Shown here: positions 28,758-37,562 of the stretch, piece after piece
Position numbering within the stretch: the stretch's first letter is position 1
Layout: every line of letters starts with the position of its first letter
IMG/VR virus record: IMGVR_UViG_3300023174_000003
Coordinates: 15,792 to 79,791 of that record
Reading direction: 5' to 3' (one strand)
Source: a virus
Length of the DNA: 64,000 bases
Made by a program: the position numbers and the translations under genes
Notes under the pieces: generated by a model
Database searches by the model: none
Seen by the model: only the letters and a program-made list of their open reading frames with translations
What the model was told of the DNA's origin: nothing

Positions 28758-29241
28758 TGTACTCTCCTACTTTTGCATAACATGCACAATCTTTTCCATC
28801 AAGCTCAGTGAATCCCATGGTGCACTTACGTTCCCAGTGAACACAGCCTGCTGAATAACAACGTGATACTTTATATATTTTTGTTCCATCTTTCTTTTTC
28901 ATTTTATCTTTTGTCCATAAAACATTACGGACTATCTTACCTACAGTAGAACGATGGATGCCTAGCTCAACAGCTAGTGCCTTTTGATTCTCACCATTAC
29001 TTACGCGTTCTCTAATTTGTGTAGCTAACTCAAATGTAAGTGGTGAATATTGTCTAGGCATTTTATATTCTTCTGGCAAATAACCAATAGTCTGATGTGT
29101 TTCCCCTGGTAATTGATAAGTAGAAAAACGTTGTTGACAGTAAGCACATAGTCGTGATCTCATAATGACACCACTAGAATGATGGTTGGCACGTAGTGTT
29201 GTGCAGTGATCGTGATCACAGCAAGGACATTTAATAGTCAT
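28744..29241 (-). CDS. NrdR-like Zn ribbon + HTH protein
   Basis: CPCC..RSRLCAYCQQRFSTY; QKALAVELGIHRSTV. Confidence 0.6.
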   Translation of the reverse strand: MTIKCPCCDHDHCTTLRANHHSSGVIMRSRLCAYCQQRFSTYQLPGETHQTIGYLPEEYKMPRQYSPLTFELATQIRERVSNGENQKALAVELGIHRSTVGKIVRNVLWTKDKMKKKDGTKIYKVSRCYSAGCVHWERKCTMGFTELDGKDCACYAKVGEYSEVS

Positions 29242-29425
29242 TGTTTTCAGTAGCAGAAAGAACTTGTTTGGCAAGCGGAATGTTTAATGCTATGCGTAGT
29301 GTGTCATTTTCAAATGCCAACATGCGCACCATGTCTACTGTGGTAATTTCACAAGTAGGAAATCGACTATACATTATTCCCGCAATTTCAAAATATGCGG
29401 TGCGGTAATCCATTTCTTCAGTCAT
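29231..29425 (-). CDS. hypothetical protein
   Basis: 64-aa ORF. Confidence 0.5.
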   Translation of the reverse strand: MTEEMDYRTAYFEIAGIMYSRFPTCEITTVDMVRMLAFENDTLRIALNIPLAKQVLSATENNDY

Positions 29426-29430
29426 AGTAC

Positions 29431-29682
29431 CTACAGCTCCTCAGAGTATTCAGTAAAAAATTCAAAAGCAATAGATTGTTTGTTGTTATTAAGTTCTATG
29501 GAAAAAAAAGAACAGGCAAGAAAAGAAAGTAACACATGAATTCCACCAGAAGCAAAGAATTGATATGTAGGATTTTGATACTTTACCCAGAGCAATGAGG
29601 TATTCTTGGCAATACCAAACTGCCAAAGGCGATCTACATTGCCATCATCCCAAACTTTTTTATCGTATTGAAAAAGTTTCAT
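29431..29682 (-). CDS. hypothetical protein
   Basis: Likely start MKLFQY. Confidence 0.5.
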   Translation of the reverse strand: MKLFQYDKKVWDDGNVDRLWQFGIAKNTSLLWVKYQNPTYQFFASGGIHVLLSFLACSFFSIELNNNKQSIAFEFFTEYSEEL

Positions 29683-29683
29683 T

Positions 29684-29917
29684 TCAGTTGGTACCCTCCA
29701 GTTCGTCGGCGATGTCGAGCAGGCCAGTGCGTACACATTCCTCAGCTTCCCACACTCCTCTTTCGTAATCATTTAGATAAGAACGAAGCGTCTTTGGCGG
29801 CACTATTTGATCAGCAGCAGCACGTAGGGCGGTTGCCAGTGCAGGACCAGCTAGGTCATTGTTGGTGCTGTAGTATGCTTTACGCACCGCTTGCGCTGCG
29901 GGGGAAAGTTCAGTCAT
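29684..29917 (-). CDS. hypothetical protein (GC-rich module)
   Basis: MTELSPAAQAV..ALRAAADQ..IADELEG. Confidence 0.6.
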   Translation of the reverse strand: MTELSPAAQAVRKAYYSTNNDLAGPALATALRAAADQIVPPKTLRSYLNDYERGVWEAEECVRTGLLDIADELEGTN

Positions 29918-30095
29918 GGACGGTGGCCTCATATCCTTCAGCCATTAGCGATGCTGACAATGCCATTGCTAATTGCTTGGTGTACCGCTTTGTGCCGCCA
30001 GCGACCATATCGGTCACGGTCCAGCGTGTGTGGTTTGTCCAGACGACAATGCGCTCATTGCCTTTCTGAAAGAAGACTGATCGGGGCTTACTCAT
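29910..30095 (-). CDS. hypothetical protein (GC-rich module)
   Basis: MSKPRSVFF, start/stop overlapped with neighbours. Confidence 0.55.
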   Translation of the reverse strand: MSKPRSVFFQKGNERIVVWTNHTRWTVTDMVAGGTKRYTKQLAMALSASLMAEGYEATVHD

Positions 30096-30423
30096 TGGTG
30101 GTCTCGGGAATGGGTTGGTACTGTGGCAGCCATTGGCCGTGCTTGTCGGTAAAGCCAGCCTCATACAGGAACTGTTTAGCGGCGATGGCGTCACCGGCCA
30201 TAGCACGTTCCATCAGGGTTGGAGCGGTAATGGCGTCTGCCATGTCTTCAAGGGTGCTGGCTGGAACGGCATAGAACGATTCCATGTCGTCGTATTGGGC
30301 CTCGGTATCGGCTAGGTGGCGCAGAACAGCGGCAATGCCGTGATGAATGCTGTATCCCTCGTAAGAGCTGGCAGCTTGCTCAAACTCGTCAACTAGGCGT
30401 TGGGCGCGAGAGTCGCTAGTCAC
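30088..30423 (-). CDS. hypothetical protein (GC-rich module)
   Basis: 111 aa, coupled. Confidence 0.6.
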   Translation of the reverse strand: MTSDSRAQRLVDEFEQAASSYEGYSIHHGIAAVLRHLADTEAQYDDMESFYAVPASTLEDMADAITAPTLMERAMAGDAIAAKQFLYEAGFTDKHGQWLPQYQPIPETTNE

Positions 30424-30887
30424 GGGGCCTCGGGGATGTATAGGGCGTTGGCTGGTAGCCAGTGGGTGTAGTCATACATCTCAGCTCTTGTTCTAGTTCG
30501 GATGTAGATCCAACGCCACATCTGTCCATCGTTATCCCATAACCAACAGTAACCATCTTTGTTAACATCTTTTGGACCGGGCAATCTGCTGTCAAATGGA
30601 ATAGGAAAAAACTCATCCGTGGGCTCCACCGGATCCTCAGTCATGGCTGCTCCCCAGCGGAGATGATTGGTGATCTTGTTGCGACGTTTCTGCGTCTGCC
30701 AGACGAGCGTGAGGTAAGCGTTTATGACAGAAGCGGCAAGTAGGCGATCTTTCATGTCAAAGCAAGCATCTTTTGATGCGTACCTGAGAGCGTGCTCCAA
30801 GTCAATAAGTCTGTCTCCAGGGATGGGCCACGCTGTTCCGTCAAAGTGAACGAACGGGCTACCATCGGGAATGGTGATGTCAGTCAT
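30420..30887 (-). CDS. hypothetical protein; apparent fusion of two modules
   Basis: Internal MTEDPVEPTDE; C-terminal RLPGP.D..G.CW..THWLPANAL. Confidence 0.6.
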   Translation of the reverse strand: MTDITIPDGSPFVHFDGTAWPIPGDRLIDLEHALRYASKDACFDMKDRLLAASVINAYLTLVWQTQKRRNKITNHLRWGAAMTEDPVEPTDEFFPIPFDSRLPGPKDVNKDGYCWLWDNDGQMWRWIYIRTRTRAEMYDYTHWLPANALYIPEAP

Positions 30888-31411
30888 TAGATCTCCTCTC
30901 CAGTGTTGTTGGCAAGTGAACTATCTGGTTTGACCGGATAGTTGCCCCAGCGGGCAAGTACAGCGCGGGCGTAGTCGAGGGCGCCTGTGTTCAAGCTGAC
31001 ACGGAATATGCCAGGCTTGACTTGGCCGCCAGTTGCATCACTGCAGACTTTGGCTGCGTAGCTGAACTCATCCAGCATTGTTTCGGGCATTAGTTTTAGC
31101 AGCTCTTCATCAGTCGGCACCACCGGCTCGGGCAACTTGTAAGGCAAACTTACAGGTCGCTTGGCCAAGTTGTAACAACGGCGGCCAAAATCCACAAGAT
31201 CGCTGTCAAATGTGGGACCGTGGATTGACCAAGCCAATCGCAACAGCTCTTCATCAGTCGGCACCACCGGCTCGGGTTGGGCTAGGACAGCGCGGGCATC
31301 CTCGACGGACTGAAACAGCGCCTGTTCATGGTGGTCGGGCCACTTCCCGCCATGTTCTTCATACGCCTCCACCAGTCGCTGTAGTTCGGAGCGGTAGTCG
31401 GGGTTAGTCAT
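30887..31411 (-). CDS. hypothetical protein with duplicated PEPVVPTDEELL
   Basis: Exact 33-bp repeat at 31100-31132 and 31244-31276. Confidence 0.65.
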   Translation of the reverse strand: MTNPDYRSELQRLVEAYEEHGGKWPDHHEQALFQSVEDARAVLAQPEPVVPTDEELLRLAWSIHGPTFDSDLVDFGRRCYNLAKRPVSLPYKLPEPVVPTDEELLKLMPETMLDEFSYAAKVCSDATGGQVKPGIFRVSLNTGALDYARAVLARWGNYPVKPDSSLANNTGEEI

Positions 31412-31646
31412 TGAGGGCCTCCAGTGCGCGGCGGATGGTGTCCATTGCAGTGTCGTCCAAGTAAGGCTTGTTGCTGTTGACCAATGCCAGCGCCTGCTCC
31501 TTCAAACTCGGCGGCTCAGCCAGGGCGGCGCGGGCGCGGCACAAAAGAGGACCGCACTCTTGATAAGTCAGGGGTAGTGATTTAACTACTACTTTTGCCT
31601 CTAGCGTTGCGCAAAGCTCAGCGCACAGGGCGCGGAAGTCAGTCAT
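31404..31646 (-). CDS. hypothetical protein (GC-rich module)
   Basis: MTDFRALCAEL..SLKEQAL..DTIRRALEALND. Confidence 0.65.
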   Translation of the reverse strand: MTDFRALCAELCATLEAKVVVKSLPLTYQECGPLLCRARAALAEPPSLKEQALALVNSNKPYLDDTAMDTIRRALEALND

Positions 31647-31677
31647 TGAGGGCCTCCAGTGCGCGGCGGATGGTGTC
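31406..31677. repeat. 37-bp exact direct repeat (31406-31442 and 31641-31677)
   Basis: AGTCATTGAGGGCCTCCAGTGCGCGGCGGATGGTGTC, spanning gene junctions. Confidence 0.9.
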
Positions 31678-31995
31678 GTAGGTGGTGTCGTCAATCTTGT
31701 CTCTGTCGTAAGCATCAGCAAGCTCGTGAAGCGCCTGCTCCTTCAAGTTTGGCGGCTTGGGGCGGCGGGCGGCGCGGAGCCTGTCGGACGCCGGCTCATA
31801 ACCTGGGTGGTAGATGTGCTTGTCAATCCACTCACAACACGCCTCCAGCTCCTGGTCGGCACCCCATTGGGAAGCTTTAGTAATAGCTTCTCTAAATGTT
31901 TTTGAATTTAGGAGGTTGTGAGTAGGATCAGTCTTAAACTGATTCCAGATTGAATCCACCAGCTCAGGCGGTGGGGTGATTGGGTCGTTAGTCAT
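31639..31995 (-). CDS. hypothetical protein (GC-rich module)
   Basis: PITPPPELV..WGADQELEACCEW..LRAARRPKPP.LKEQAL..DTIRRALEALND. Confidence 0.65.
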   Translation of the reverse strand: MTNDPITPPPELVDSIWNQFKTDPTHNLLNSKTFREAITKASQWGADQELEACCEWIDKHIYHPGYEPASDRLRAARRPKPPNLKEQALHELADAYDRDKIDDTTYDTIRRALEALND

Positions 31996-32026
31996 TAGAT
32001 TTATTTGATTTGAGTAAGGTGGATAA

Positions 32027-32060
32027 GCTGGACTTACATAAGTAAATACTTAATGCCAGC
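32027..32060 (-). ncRNA. leader hairpin family C, copy 1
   Basis: GCTGG-CA-TTAAGT/ACTTAT-GTAAGT-CCAGC. Confidence 0.5.
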
Positions 32061-32081
32061 ACAATATAACGTTAGTATTAT

Positions 32082-32417
32082 CTAACACCCATAGTAGTCA
32101 AGTATTAGCTCAGCCAACTTAATGGCTAATACTTTAGATGGGATAGTAAGTATTGAGCTTAATCCCCATTTACTGGTAGCTTCTTTTACTTTTTCTTGGT
32201 AGTTCAAGTCAATACCACTATCATCAAAATTAATTATTAACTTAGCAATGTATGATGTTGTTGTTTCATCATCTTCAGGAAGTTCAATGTCATGGGTCAC
32301 AGTAACTGAACTTGCAATTACCTTAGGTTCTGGTTGTGATAGTTCTTCTGCCCATGATGTAAATGGTTTGCCGTTCAAGAAAACTTTATTAGCTGGTTGT
32401 TGGAGTGCCATGATCAA
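32082..32417 (-). CDS. hypothetical protein
   Basis: 111-aa ORF. Confidence 0.55.
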   Translation of the reverse strand: MIMALQQPANKVFLNGKPFTSWAEELSQPEPKVIASSVTVTHDIELPEDDETTTSYIAKLIINFDDSGIDLNYQEKVKEATSKWGLSSILTIPSKVLAIKLAELILDYYGC

Positions 32418-32716
32418 TAGATGTCGTTAGTGGGAGTAAGTTCTAGATCTGAGGACAGAAGCATAATGCCTGCCTCAGCAATAAGCTTGCGAGTTGCATC
32501 TTGTCCAAAAAATTTAAGTAGATCTTGCAACATACTTTTTTTATCATCTGTGTATCCAGTTTCAAATATCAATGCACAAAGGGTAAGCAATTTAGCAACA
32601 GGTAGTTGTCCTATTATTTCATCAGCAGCCAATGGAATTAGATCATCCCATTTGTCCTCAGGTATTGCAGCATACAATGCATCAACTTGTTCTTGATAGT
32701 CAGCAGAAATTTCCAT
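32414..32716 (-). CDS. hypothetical protein
   Basis: 100-aa acidic ORF. Confidence 0.55.
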   Translation of the reverse strand: MEISADYQEQVDALYAAIPEDKWDDLIPLAADEIIGQLPVAKLLTLCALIFETGYTDDKKSMLQDLLKFFGQDATRKLIAEAGIMLLSSDLELTPTNDIY

Positions 32717-32791
32717 GGTGTTGAATGAATGGACAAGGATAGTGTAGTGGAACTAAGGCCAGTGGTTAGCTGACCTTAGCTTTATTTAATG

Positions 32792-33157
32792 TTATGTTAC
32801 AGGCGTAGCTTGAGTCTCATGAGTCTCACCCATCATGCCATTCTCCTTGAGGCGATCAAGCATTTGACACATGATCGTTGCATGCTCATGGGTTTTATCC
32901 ATAAATGCCTGAGCACGGGCAGCTGATATAGTATGGACTGTACCGTTGGCTTCTACATAAGCCCAACTTCCGTCAGGCTGTGGCTGCCCCTGGAGCGCAA
33001 GCCGTTCTGAGTTACGTACATAACGTAGCTCTAGATTGTGACGGTCAGTTAATCCTTCGTTATCAATCCAGGTTGCACCTAGGTTATAACGTTTGTCATC
33101 ATCCATGTAGGCATGGACTTGTGGAATGAGGCCAGTAAAGCAAGATAAAATTGACAT
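32792..33157 (-). CDS. hypothetical protein
   Basis: 121 aa, downstream of a family C leader. Confidence 0.65.
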   Translation of the reverse strand: MSILSCFTGLIPQVHAYMDDDKRYNLGATWIDNEGLTDRHNLELRYVRNSERLALQGQPQPDGSWAYVEANGTVHTISAARAQAFMDKTHEHATIMCQMLDRLKENGMMGETHETQATPVT

Positions 33158-33179
33158 GAGTTAAGTGCAGTGGAATGTC

Positions 33180-33212
33180 TGGGGCTTACGTCAGGTTGGC
33201 GCTGACTGCCCA
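33180..33212 (-). ncRNA. leader hairpin family C, copy 2
   Basis: TGGG-CA-GTCAG/CTGAC-GTAAGC-CCCA. Confidence 0.5.
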
Positions 33213-33220
33213 ATGGTTGG

Positions 33221-34924
33221 TCAGTTAGATACTAGGTCCTTCTCACGGATCTGTAAAGCTTCTTGGAATATACCTTGATATTTCTCACGTTCTATAGATG
33301 TCAATGATCTGTTACTTGGTCCTGCAATCTGTTCTACATGCATGGTGCCATTGGATACCTTGAGTTGTATTGTGAATACAGGCTTGTTGTCAACCATACA
33401 TAAGACAATGAATTGTTTCTTAGCTTTTATAAGATTGGCATATGTTGATGATGCACCTACACAATTACGTACTGCTTGCCCCCATTGTGCAAGCTGATGA
33501 GTATCTATGGGTTGAATGAATGTCCAGATCTCATCAGCAAGTTTTACTTTGACAGGAACAGGGAATAAATCCTGTGGTAGTTTTTGGTTTGGGTTACTTA
33601 TCTTCCAGGCTTCTGCTTGTACATGATCATGGAACTCAGTGTAACGCCAACGCCTAGGCGGAGTAAGTTCTTTACCTGCAGCTAATACATTATTAATCAT
33701 GTCCATTGTATCTCTAAATAAATAGAATGTAAGCATATAACAATTCAGTTGATTATCTTTATGCCTATTACTTGGCTTTTCATCTTCTATATATTTGTTT
33801 AGCATATTAAATAATGATGCCACTGGTAGGTTGGTTGCTAGCCATTTCTTTGCTAACGAATCAGTTTTATAATAAGCGATTGAATGGATACGGCCAATAG
33901 ATAAAAACATATTGGTTTGTATTCCAGTCTGTAAATAATCCATAGGGCAGTCAGGATATATATCAAGGATATCTAGAATCCAAGCCAAAGTATGTATAAG
34001 TTTTTTGTGTATAGAACTAATTTCTTTCTTGGACTTAGTGGCTGGATCATTGAACGTATTAATAATTAATTGACATTGCTCATTGATGTAACGTTTAAAC
34101 CATGGCTTACCAAGTTTCTCTTGCATAACAGTAAATGATCTATCTAAATTTTGGGTATACCGTAGCCTTAGTATTTCTATATACAATTCAAAGCTAGGCA
34201 CAATGTTTTGATTCTTTGGTATTGATGTATGATGTAATTCTAATAGTTCATGGTAATTATTTTTAGCCGTATCTATTCTGTCCCATACACCACCATCAGT
34301 ATAAGTAGGTATTGAATTTATAATGGCTTCTCTGAATGGTTGTATTACACTTGGTCTTATCTCTTTACCTTTTGTATTGTATCCTTTGAAGTTACCATGT
34401 TCCCAATAGTGTGATTGACATCCATTAGATATATCTTCTGCTGTTACAAACTTTGTATAGACATTGAACTCTATGCGTCCATACTTTTTGATAGTAGTAT
34501 CTTTTCTATTTATGTCTCTAATGTATACCTGTTTGCATGTAGTTTCTGTATTCTTAAATGCATAAGTAAACCCATAGATATAATCTTCACCTGGGTTAGG
34601 TAACCATGCTGCAATCCACAAGGATTCGTAGTGGTACACAACAGCTTTAAGTTTTGTTGTGGCTACCATATCTTTATCATATGTAACACGACTAAAAGTA
34701 TGATAGCGATATGGAACTTCTTCTTGGTTAATAGCAATTATTGCTGCAAGTAAATTGCTAGGCATAACAATGTGTGCAGGGATAATATCATTAGGCAAGC
34801 CAAGATGAAAGCGTGGTTTCTTAGGCTTGCTTACAGGAGTAGTAGCAGCTTTAGCCAAAGCTTTTAACTTTGGATCATAAGCTAATAGTTCTGTGCGCAG
34901 GTTGGCGGGTAGTTGGAATTGCAT
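33221..34924 (-). CDS. PcfJ-like domain protein
   Basis: C-terminal EFHDHV..QPIDTHQLAQWGQAVRNCVG..Y..FTIQL..QIAGPSN. Confidence 0.75.
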   Translation of the reverse strand: MQFQLPANLRTELLAYDPKLKALAKAATTPVSKPKKPRFHLGLPNDIIPAHIVMPSNLLAAIIAINQEEVPYRYHTFSRVTYDKDMVATTKLKAVVYHYESLWIAAWLPNPGEDYIYGFTYAFKNTETTCKQVYIRDINRKDTTIKKYGRIEFNVYTKFVTAEDISNGCQSHYWEHGNFKGYNTKGKEIRPSVIQPFREAIINSIPTYTDGGVWDRIDTAKNNYHELLELHHTSIPKNQNIVPSFELYIEILRLRYTQNLDRSFTVMQEKLGKPWFKRYINEQCQLIINTFNDPATKSKKEISSIHKKLIHTLAWILDILDIYPDCPMDYLQTGIQTNMFLSIGRIHSIAYYKTDSLAKKWLATNLPVASLFNMLNKYIEDEKPSNRHKDNQLNCYMLTFYLFRDTMDMINNVLAAGKELTPPRRWRYTEFHDHVQAEAWKISNPNQKLPQDLFPVPVKVKLADEIWTFIQPIDTHQLAQWGQAVRNCVGASSTYANLIKAKKQFIVLCMVDNKPVFTIQLKVSNGTMHVEQIAGPSNRSLTSIEREKYQGIFQEALQIREKDLVSN

Positions 34925-34947
34925 GTGAGTGAATAATGAGTGGGATG

Positions 34948-34976
34948 CAGGCAGTTTAACGTCATGCCTGAGGACG
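34948..34976 (-). ncRNA. leader pseudoknot family A, copy 5
   Basis: CGTC-CTCAGGCAT-GACG-TTAAAC-TGCCTG. Confidence 0.65.
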
Positions 34977-34981
34977 TGGAC

Positions 34982-35194
34982 CTAGTCGTATTCGATACCG
35001 AATTGCACCCGTTCTTGGTACGTAGTATGGAACTTGGTTAGCTTAGGTAAGCGCTTAGCAAATCCAAAGGCTAGGTATATGCGTCCCCGTGGTCCACGGA
35101 AGACAAGATACCAAGGCCTGAACTCAATAATGAATCCAATCATTCCGTTAGATCTCCGATAGGTCGACATCGATCCAGTCAATGTCTTGTTCAC
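34982..35194 (-). CDS. hypothetical protein (start uncertain)
   Basis: Fills the gap before a leader element. Confidence 0.4.
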   Translation of the reverse strand: MNKTLTGSMSTYRRSNGMIGFIIEFRPWYLVFRGPRGRIYLAFGFAKRLPKLTKFHTTYQERVQFGIEYD

Positions 35195-35429
35195 GTACCC
35201 ATGCTACTAACTCACTGAACGCAACTTTGTTATCAGTGGTTTCAAGTTTGTCTGGGTCAGTGGGAGGTTGGACCTCTACAACAAAGTTAGCATGGCATAG
35301 GCCAGGCTTGAACTCTGCTGGTTCCTCCCACGTGGCAGGACTTACCTGGATCCTATCATCAATCCATGCTTCCACATAAACGAAGTACTCGCCATCTAAT
35401 GGAATGACATCAATGTTCTCAATGATCAT
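35148..35429 (-). CDS. acidic hypothetical protein
   Basis: PATWEEPAEFKPGLC. Confidence 0.6.
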   Translation of the reverse strand: MIIENIDVIPLDGEYFVYVEAWIDDRIQVSPATWEEPAEFKPGLCHANFVVEVQPPTDPDKLETTDNKVAFSELVAWVREQDIDWIDVDLSEI

Positions 35430-35431
35430 GA

Positions 35432-35644
35432 TCAGACCTCCTGTAGTTGTTGTGTAGCCACAGCCACTGGCTGCTGAAACGCAGAGCCAGGACCATAGCG
35501 TTGGACTAGATCTGGGAATGCACCTAGGATACGTTGACGGTTAGTGGGATCAGCATACCGTAGTGCGTTGGCCATAGTACTGACGAACTTGCCGCCGTAC
35601 TTGGTCATGGTCTCGGTCATGTGATAAATCTCAGTGCTGGTCAT
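35432..35644 (-). CDS. hypothetical protein
   Basis: MTSTEIY..YGGKFV..ADPTNRQRILGAFP; start follows the leader. Confidence 0.65.
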   Translation of the reverse strand: MTSTEIYHMTETMTKYGGKFVSTMANALRYADPTNRQRILGAFPDLVQRYGPGSAFQQPVAVATQQLQEV

Positions 35645-35694
35645 GAGTTGAGTTGCGGTGGGACACAGGCAGTTTAACGTCATGCCTGAGGACG
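35640..35694 (-). repeat. 55-bp exact repeat (leader pseudoknot A copy 6 + spacer + ATG)
   Basis: Identical to 37026-37080. Confidence 0.9.
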
Positions 35695-35705
35695 GGTCAG
35701 CTTAG

Positions 35706-35942
35706 TTACAGAATCTTTATGTTGCGTTTGCTTAGGCCAGTACCAGGCAATCCAATGGATGCATGGACGCCTGACTCACGAGCATTCAGTGTGAGTTGCA
35801 ATGGACCTAACTGGAATGATTTAGAGAATGACTTGATGCCATTCTCCGTAATGTTGATACCATTCCAAGTCTTGTCAAAGTTGAACAATGATTTCTTGTG
35901 AGCCATCTTAGATACCTTCAATGCATGGGTGGATGTTGTCAT
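35706..35942 (-). CDS. DUF4236-like small basic protein (likely start 35906)
   Basis: KSFQLGPLQLTLN..SGVHASIGLPGTGLS. Confidence 0.55.
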   Translation of the reverse strand: MTTSTHALKVSKMAHKKSLFNFDKTWNGINITENGIKSFSKSFQLGPLQLTLNARESGVHASIGLPGTGLSKRNIKIL

Positions 35943-36111
35943 CGTTCATATTTGTCATGGTAAATTTTTCACCAGTGACAGGATCAATGAAGCCTCCAAC
36001 GAATCCGATCCCATTACGGTCAGCGGATTCTTTCATTAGTGCCACAAACCTCATCGCTTCAAGACGACGTAAGCTTGTGGCATCAGGCACAGTCAGATCA
36101 GAGTTAGACAT
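35908..36111 (-). CDS. hypothetical protein
   Basis: 67-aa ORF. Confidence 0.55.
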   Translation of the reverse strand: MSNSDLTVPDATSLRRLEAMRFVALMKESADRNGIGFVGGFIDPVTGEKFTMTNMNDDNIHPCIEGI

Positions 36112-36143
36112 TGGATGGGGAAGTTAAGGTTTGATTAATGAAC

Positions 36144-36452
36144 TTAGGATTTTACTAGATTCTGTTTGACATCCATACTAAATATCATGTCAGCATCAGT
36201 GGGATCTTCATATCCTGTAACATCGATAGGATCAATGTCAGGAAAGCAGACCGGCTGGTCGAATTCAACATTGACTAGTACCGTCAGATGTTCCTTGGAC
36301 AGGCTTACCCAATCTTCAGTCAACCAATTGATGGCATGTTGCTTGTTCACCAGATATACGGTGCGATCATGCCATACGTCATCGTTCTTGATCTTGTAAT
36401 CAATGATGGCACCGAAGTGTGTACCACCGATAGGCAGTGGGGCATTAGTCAT
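36144..36452 (-). CDS. hypothetical protein
   Basis: 102-aa acidic ORF. Confidence 0.55.
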   Translation of the reverse strand: MTNAPLPIGGTHFGAIIDYKIKNDDVWHDRTVYLVNKQHAINWLTEDWVSLSKEHLTVLVNVEFDQPVCFPDIDPIDVTGYEDPTDADMIFSMDVKQNLVKS

Positions 36453-36488
36453 TAGCTTTCGTGGTGATGGTGGACAGGGGTGAGGGGA

Positions 36489-36788
36489 CTATGCGAATGG
36501 CGTAAAGCCTGGTGCATCTATCAACTCTTGTAGTGTGCATACAGCATCTGCTGCTAGCTCACTGAACACAACCTTGTTATCAGTGACATATTCATTTGAC
36601 TGATCCTCTACTACTTCACATCCGCTATCTTCTAGCTCATCGCAGAACTCATCCCATGTCATGTGCTTGCCATAGACATGAGCGTATCTGCCCGTGGCAT
36701 CTGCCACTAATGCAACATAGTGATTCATTGTACTCATTTCAGGGGTGGTTGTACTCATTACTTGTGTAGCTCCTGGTGTTGTTGCCAA
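36489..36788 (-). CDS. acidic hypothetical protein
   Basis: ORF in the early arm; start uncertain. Confidence 0.55.
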   Translation of the reverse strand: MATTPGATQVMSTTTPEMSTMNHYVALVADATGRYAHVYGKHMTWDEFCDELEDSGCEVVEDQSNEYVTDNKVVFSELAADAVCTLQELIDAPGFTPFA

Positions 36789-37030
36789 TGGGCAGCATGA
36801 ATCTCTGCTGCTGTAACAGCGGACTCACCTCCGGTGTTGTCATAGAGATACTCAGGTGTTGGGTCATAGCCCGTCACCTCTTCTAATGCATCGATGCAGT
36901 CTGAGATAGTATCCAGCATCCACTGTGGTGCAGAATACATTTGGTCTTTGGCTTCCTCTTGTTTGAGGACAGCGTTCATCTTTTTGATCCAGCGTTCGCA
37001 TGCGCACTCTGGAGTCTTGTCTAAAGTCAT
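36758..37030 (-). CDS. hypothetical protein
   Basis: MTLDKTPEC..; start follows the leader. Confidence 0.6.
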   Translation of the reverse strand: MTLDKTPECACERWIKKMNAVLKQEEAKDQMYSAPQWMLDTISDCIDALEEVTGYDPTPEYLYDNTGGESAVTAAEIHAAHWQQHQELHK

Positions 37031-37080
37031 GAGTTGAGTTGCGGTGGGACACAGGCAGTTTAACGTCATGCCTGAGGACG
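37026..37080 (-). repeat. 55-bp exact repeat (leader pseudoknot A copy 7 + spacer + ATG)
   Basis: Identical to 35640-35694. Confidence 0.9.
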
Positions 37081-37153
37081 AGCTATTAGGTTTCAGTATT
37101 TTGTGGCATTTCAACATTTGTTGAAAGCCTATAGTAGTACTGATGTATTACCG

Positions 37154-37507
37154 TTAGATCATTCCTAAGAGTGACAGCCAGCTATCAGGGTGATCTGGTT
37201 CCACCTCATCGTAGGTAGGTGTCAGGCAAATGGAATCAAACGTCCATTCCTCTATGTCTTCCATTGTTGGCACCTCGTACCAACCAATGAGATCATCTTG
37301 TTCATCTTTGTAGTTACGTCCTTTGGGTATCCAATAGTACATGAGTACTCCCTTCTTATTCTTACGGACAGCACCGTTATACGGCAGCTGACCTTTCAGT
37401 GGATCCTGGAAGCAGCACTCGACAGGATATTGTTCCTGTCCATCTGCTTCTGTCAATGGCTCGTAGCCTAGTGCTGTGGCCATCTGTTGCTGTTCAGGTA
37501 ATAGCAT
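37154..37507 (-). CDS. hypothetical protein
   Basis: C-terminal EEWTFDSICLTP..VEPDHPDSWLSLLGMI. Confidence 0.65.
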   Translation of the reverse strand: MLLPEQQQMATALGYEPLTEADGQEQYPVECCFQDPLKGQLPYNGAVRKNKKGVLMYYWIPKGRNYKDEQDDLIGWYEVPTMEDIEEWTFDSICLTPTYDEVEPDHPDSWLSLLGMI

Positions 37508-37528
37508 GGTGTGAATGCGATTGGATGT

Positions 37529-37555
37529 CTGCGTTGTAAGGATGCGCAGCCCCCT
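37529..37555 (-). promoter_or_regulatory. leader element family D, copy 1
   Basis: AGGGGG-CTGCG-CATCCTTACAA-CGCAG. Confidence 0.6.
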
Positions 37556-37562
37556 GTTAATC

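Noticed and set aside
35645-37117. Shared peptide MTLNCLCPTATQL in two predicted ORFs
   Set aside because: It is a translation of the repeated non-coding leader; real starts are 35644 and 37030. The same applies to the extensions of ORFs 24159-25067, 23020-24111 and 38705-39013
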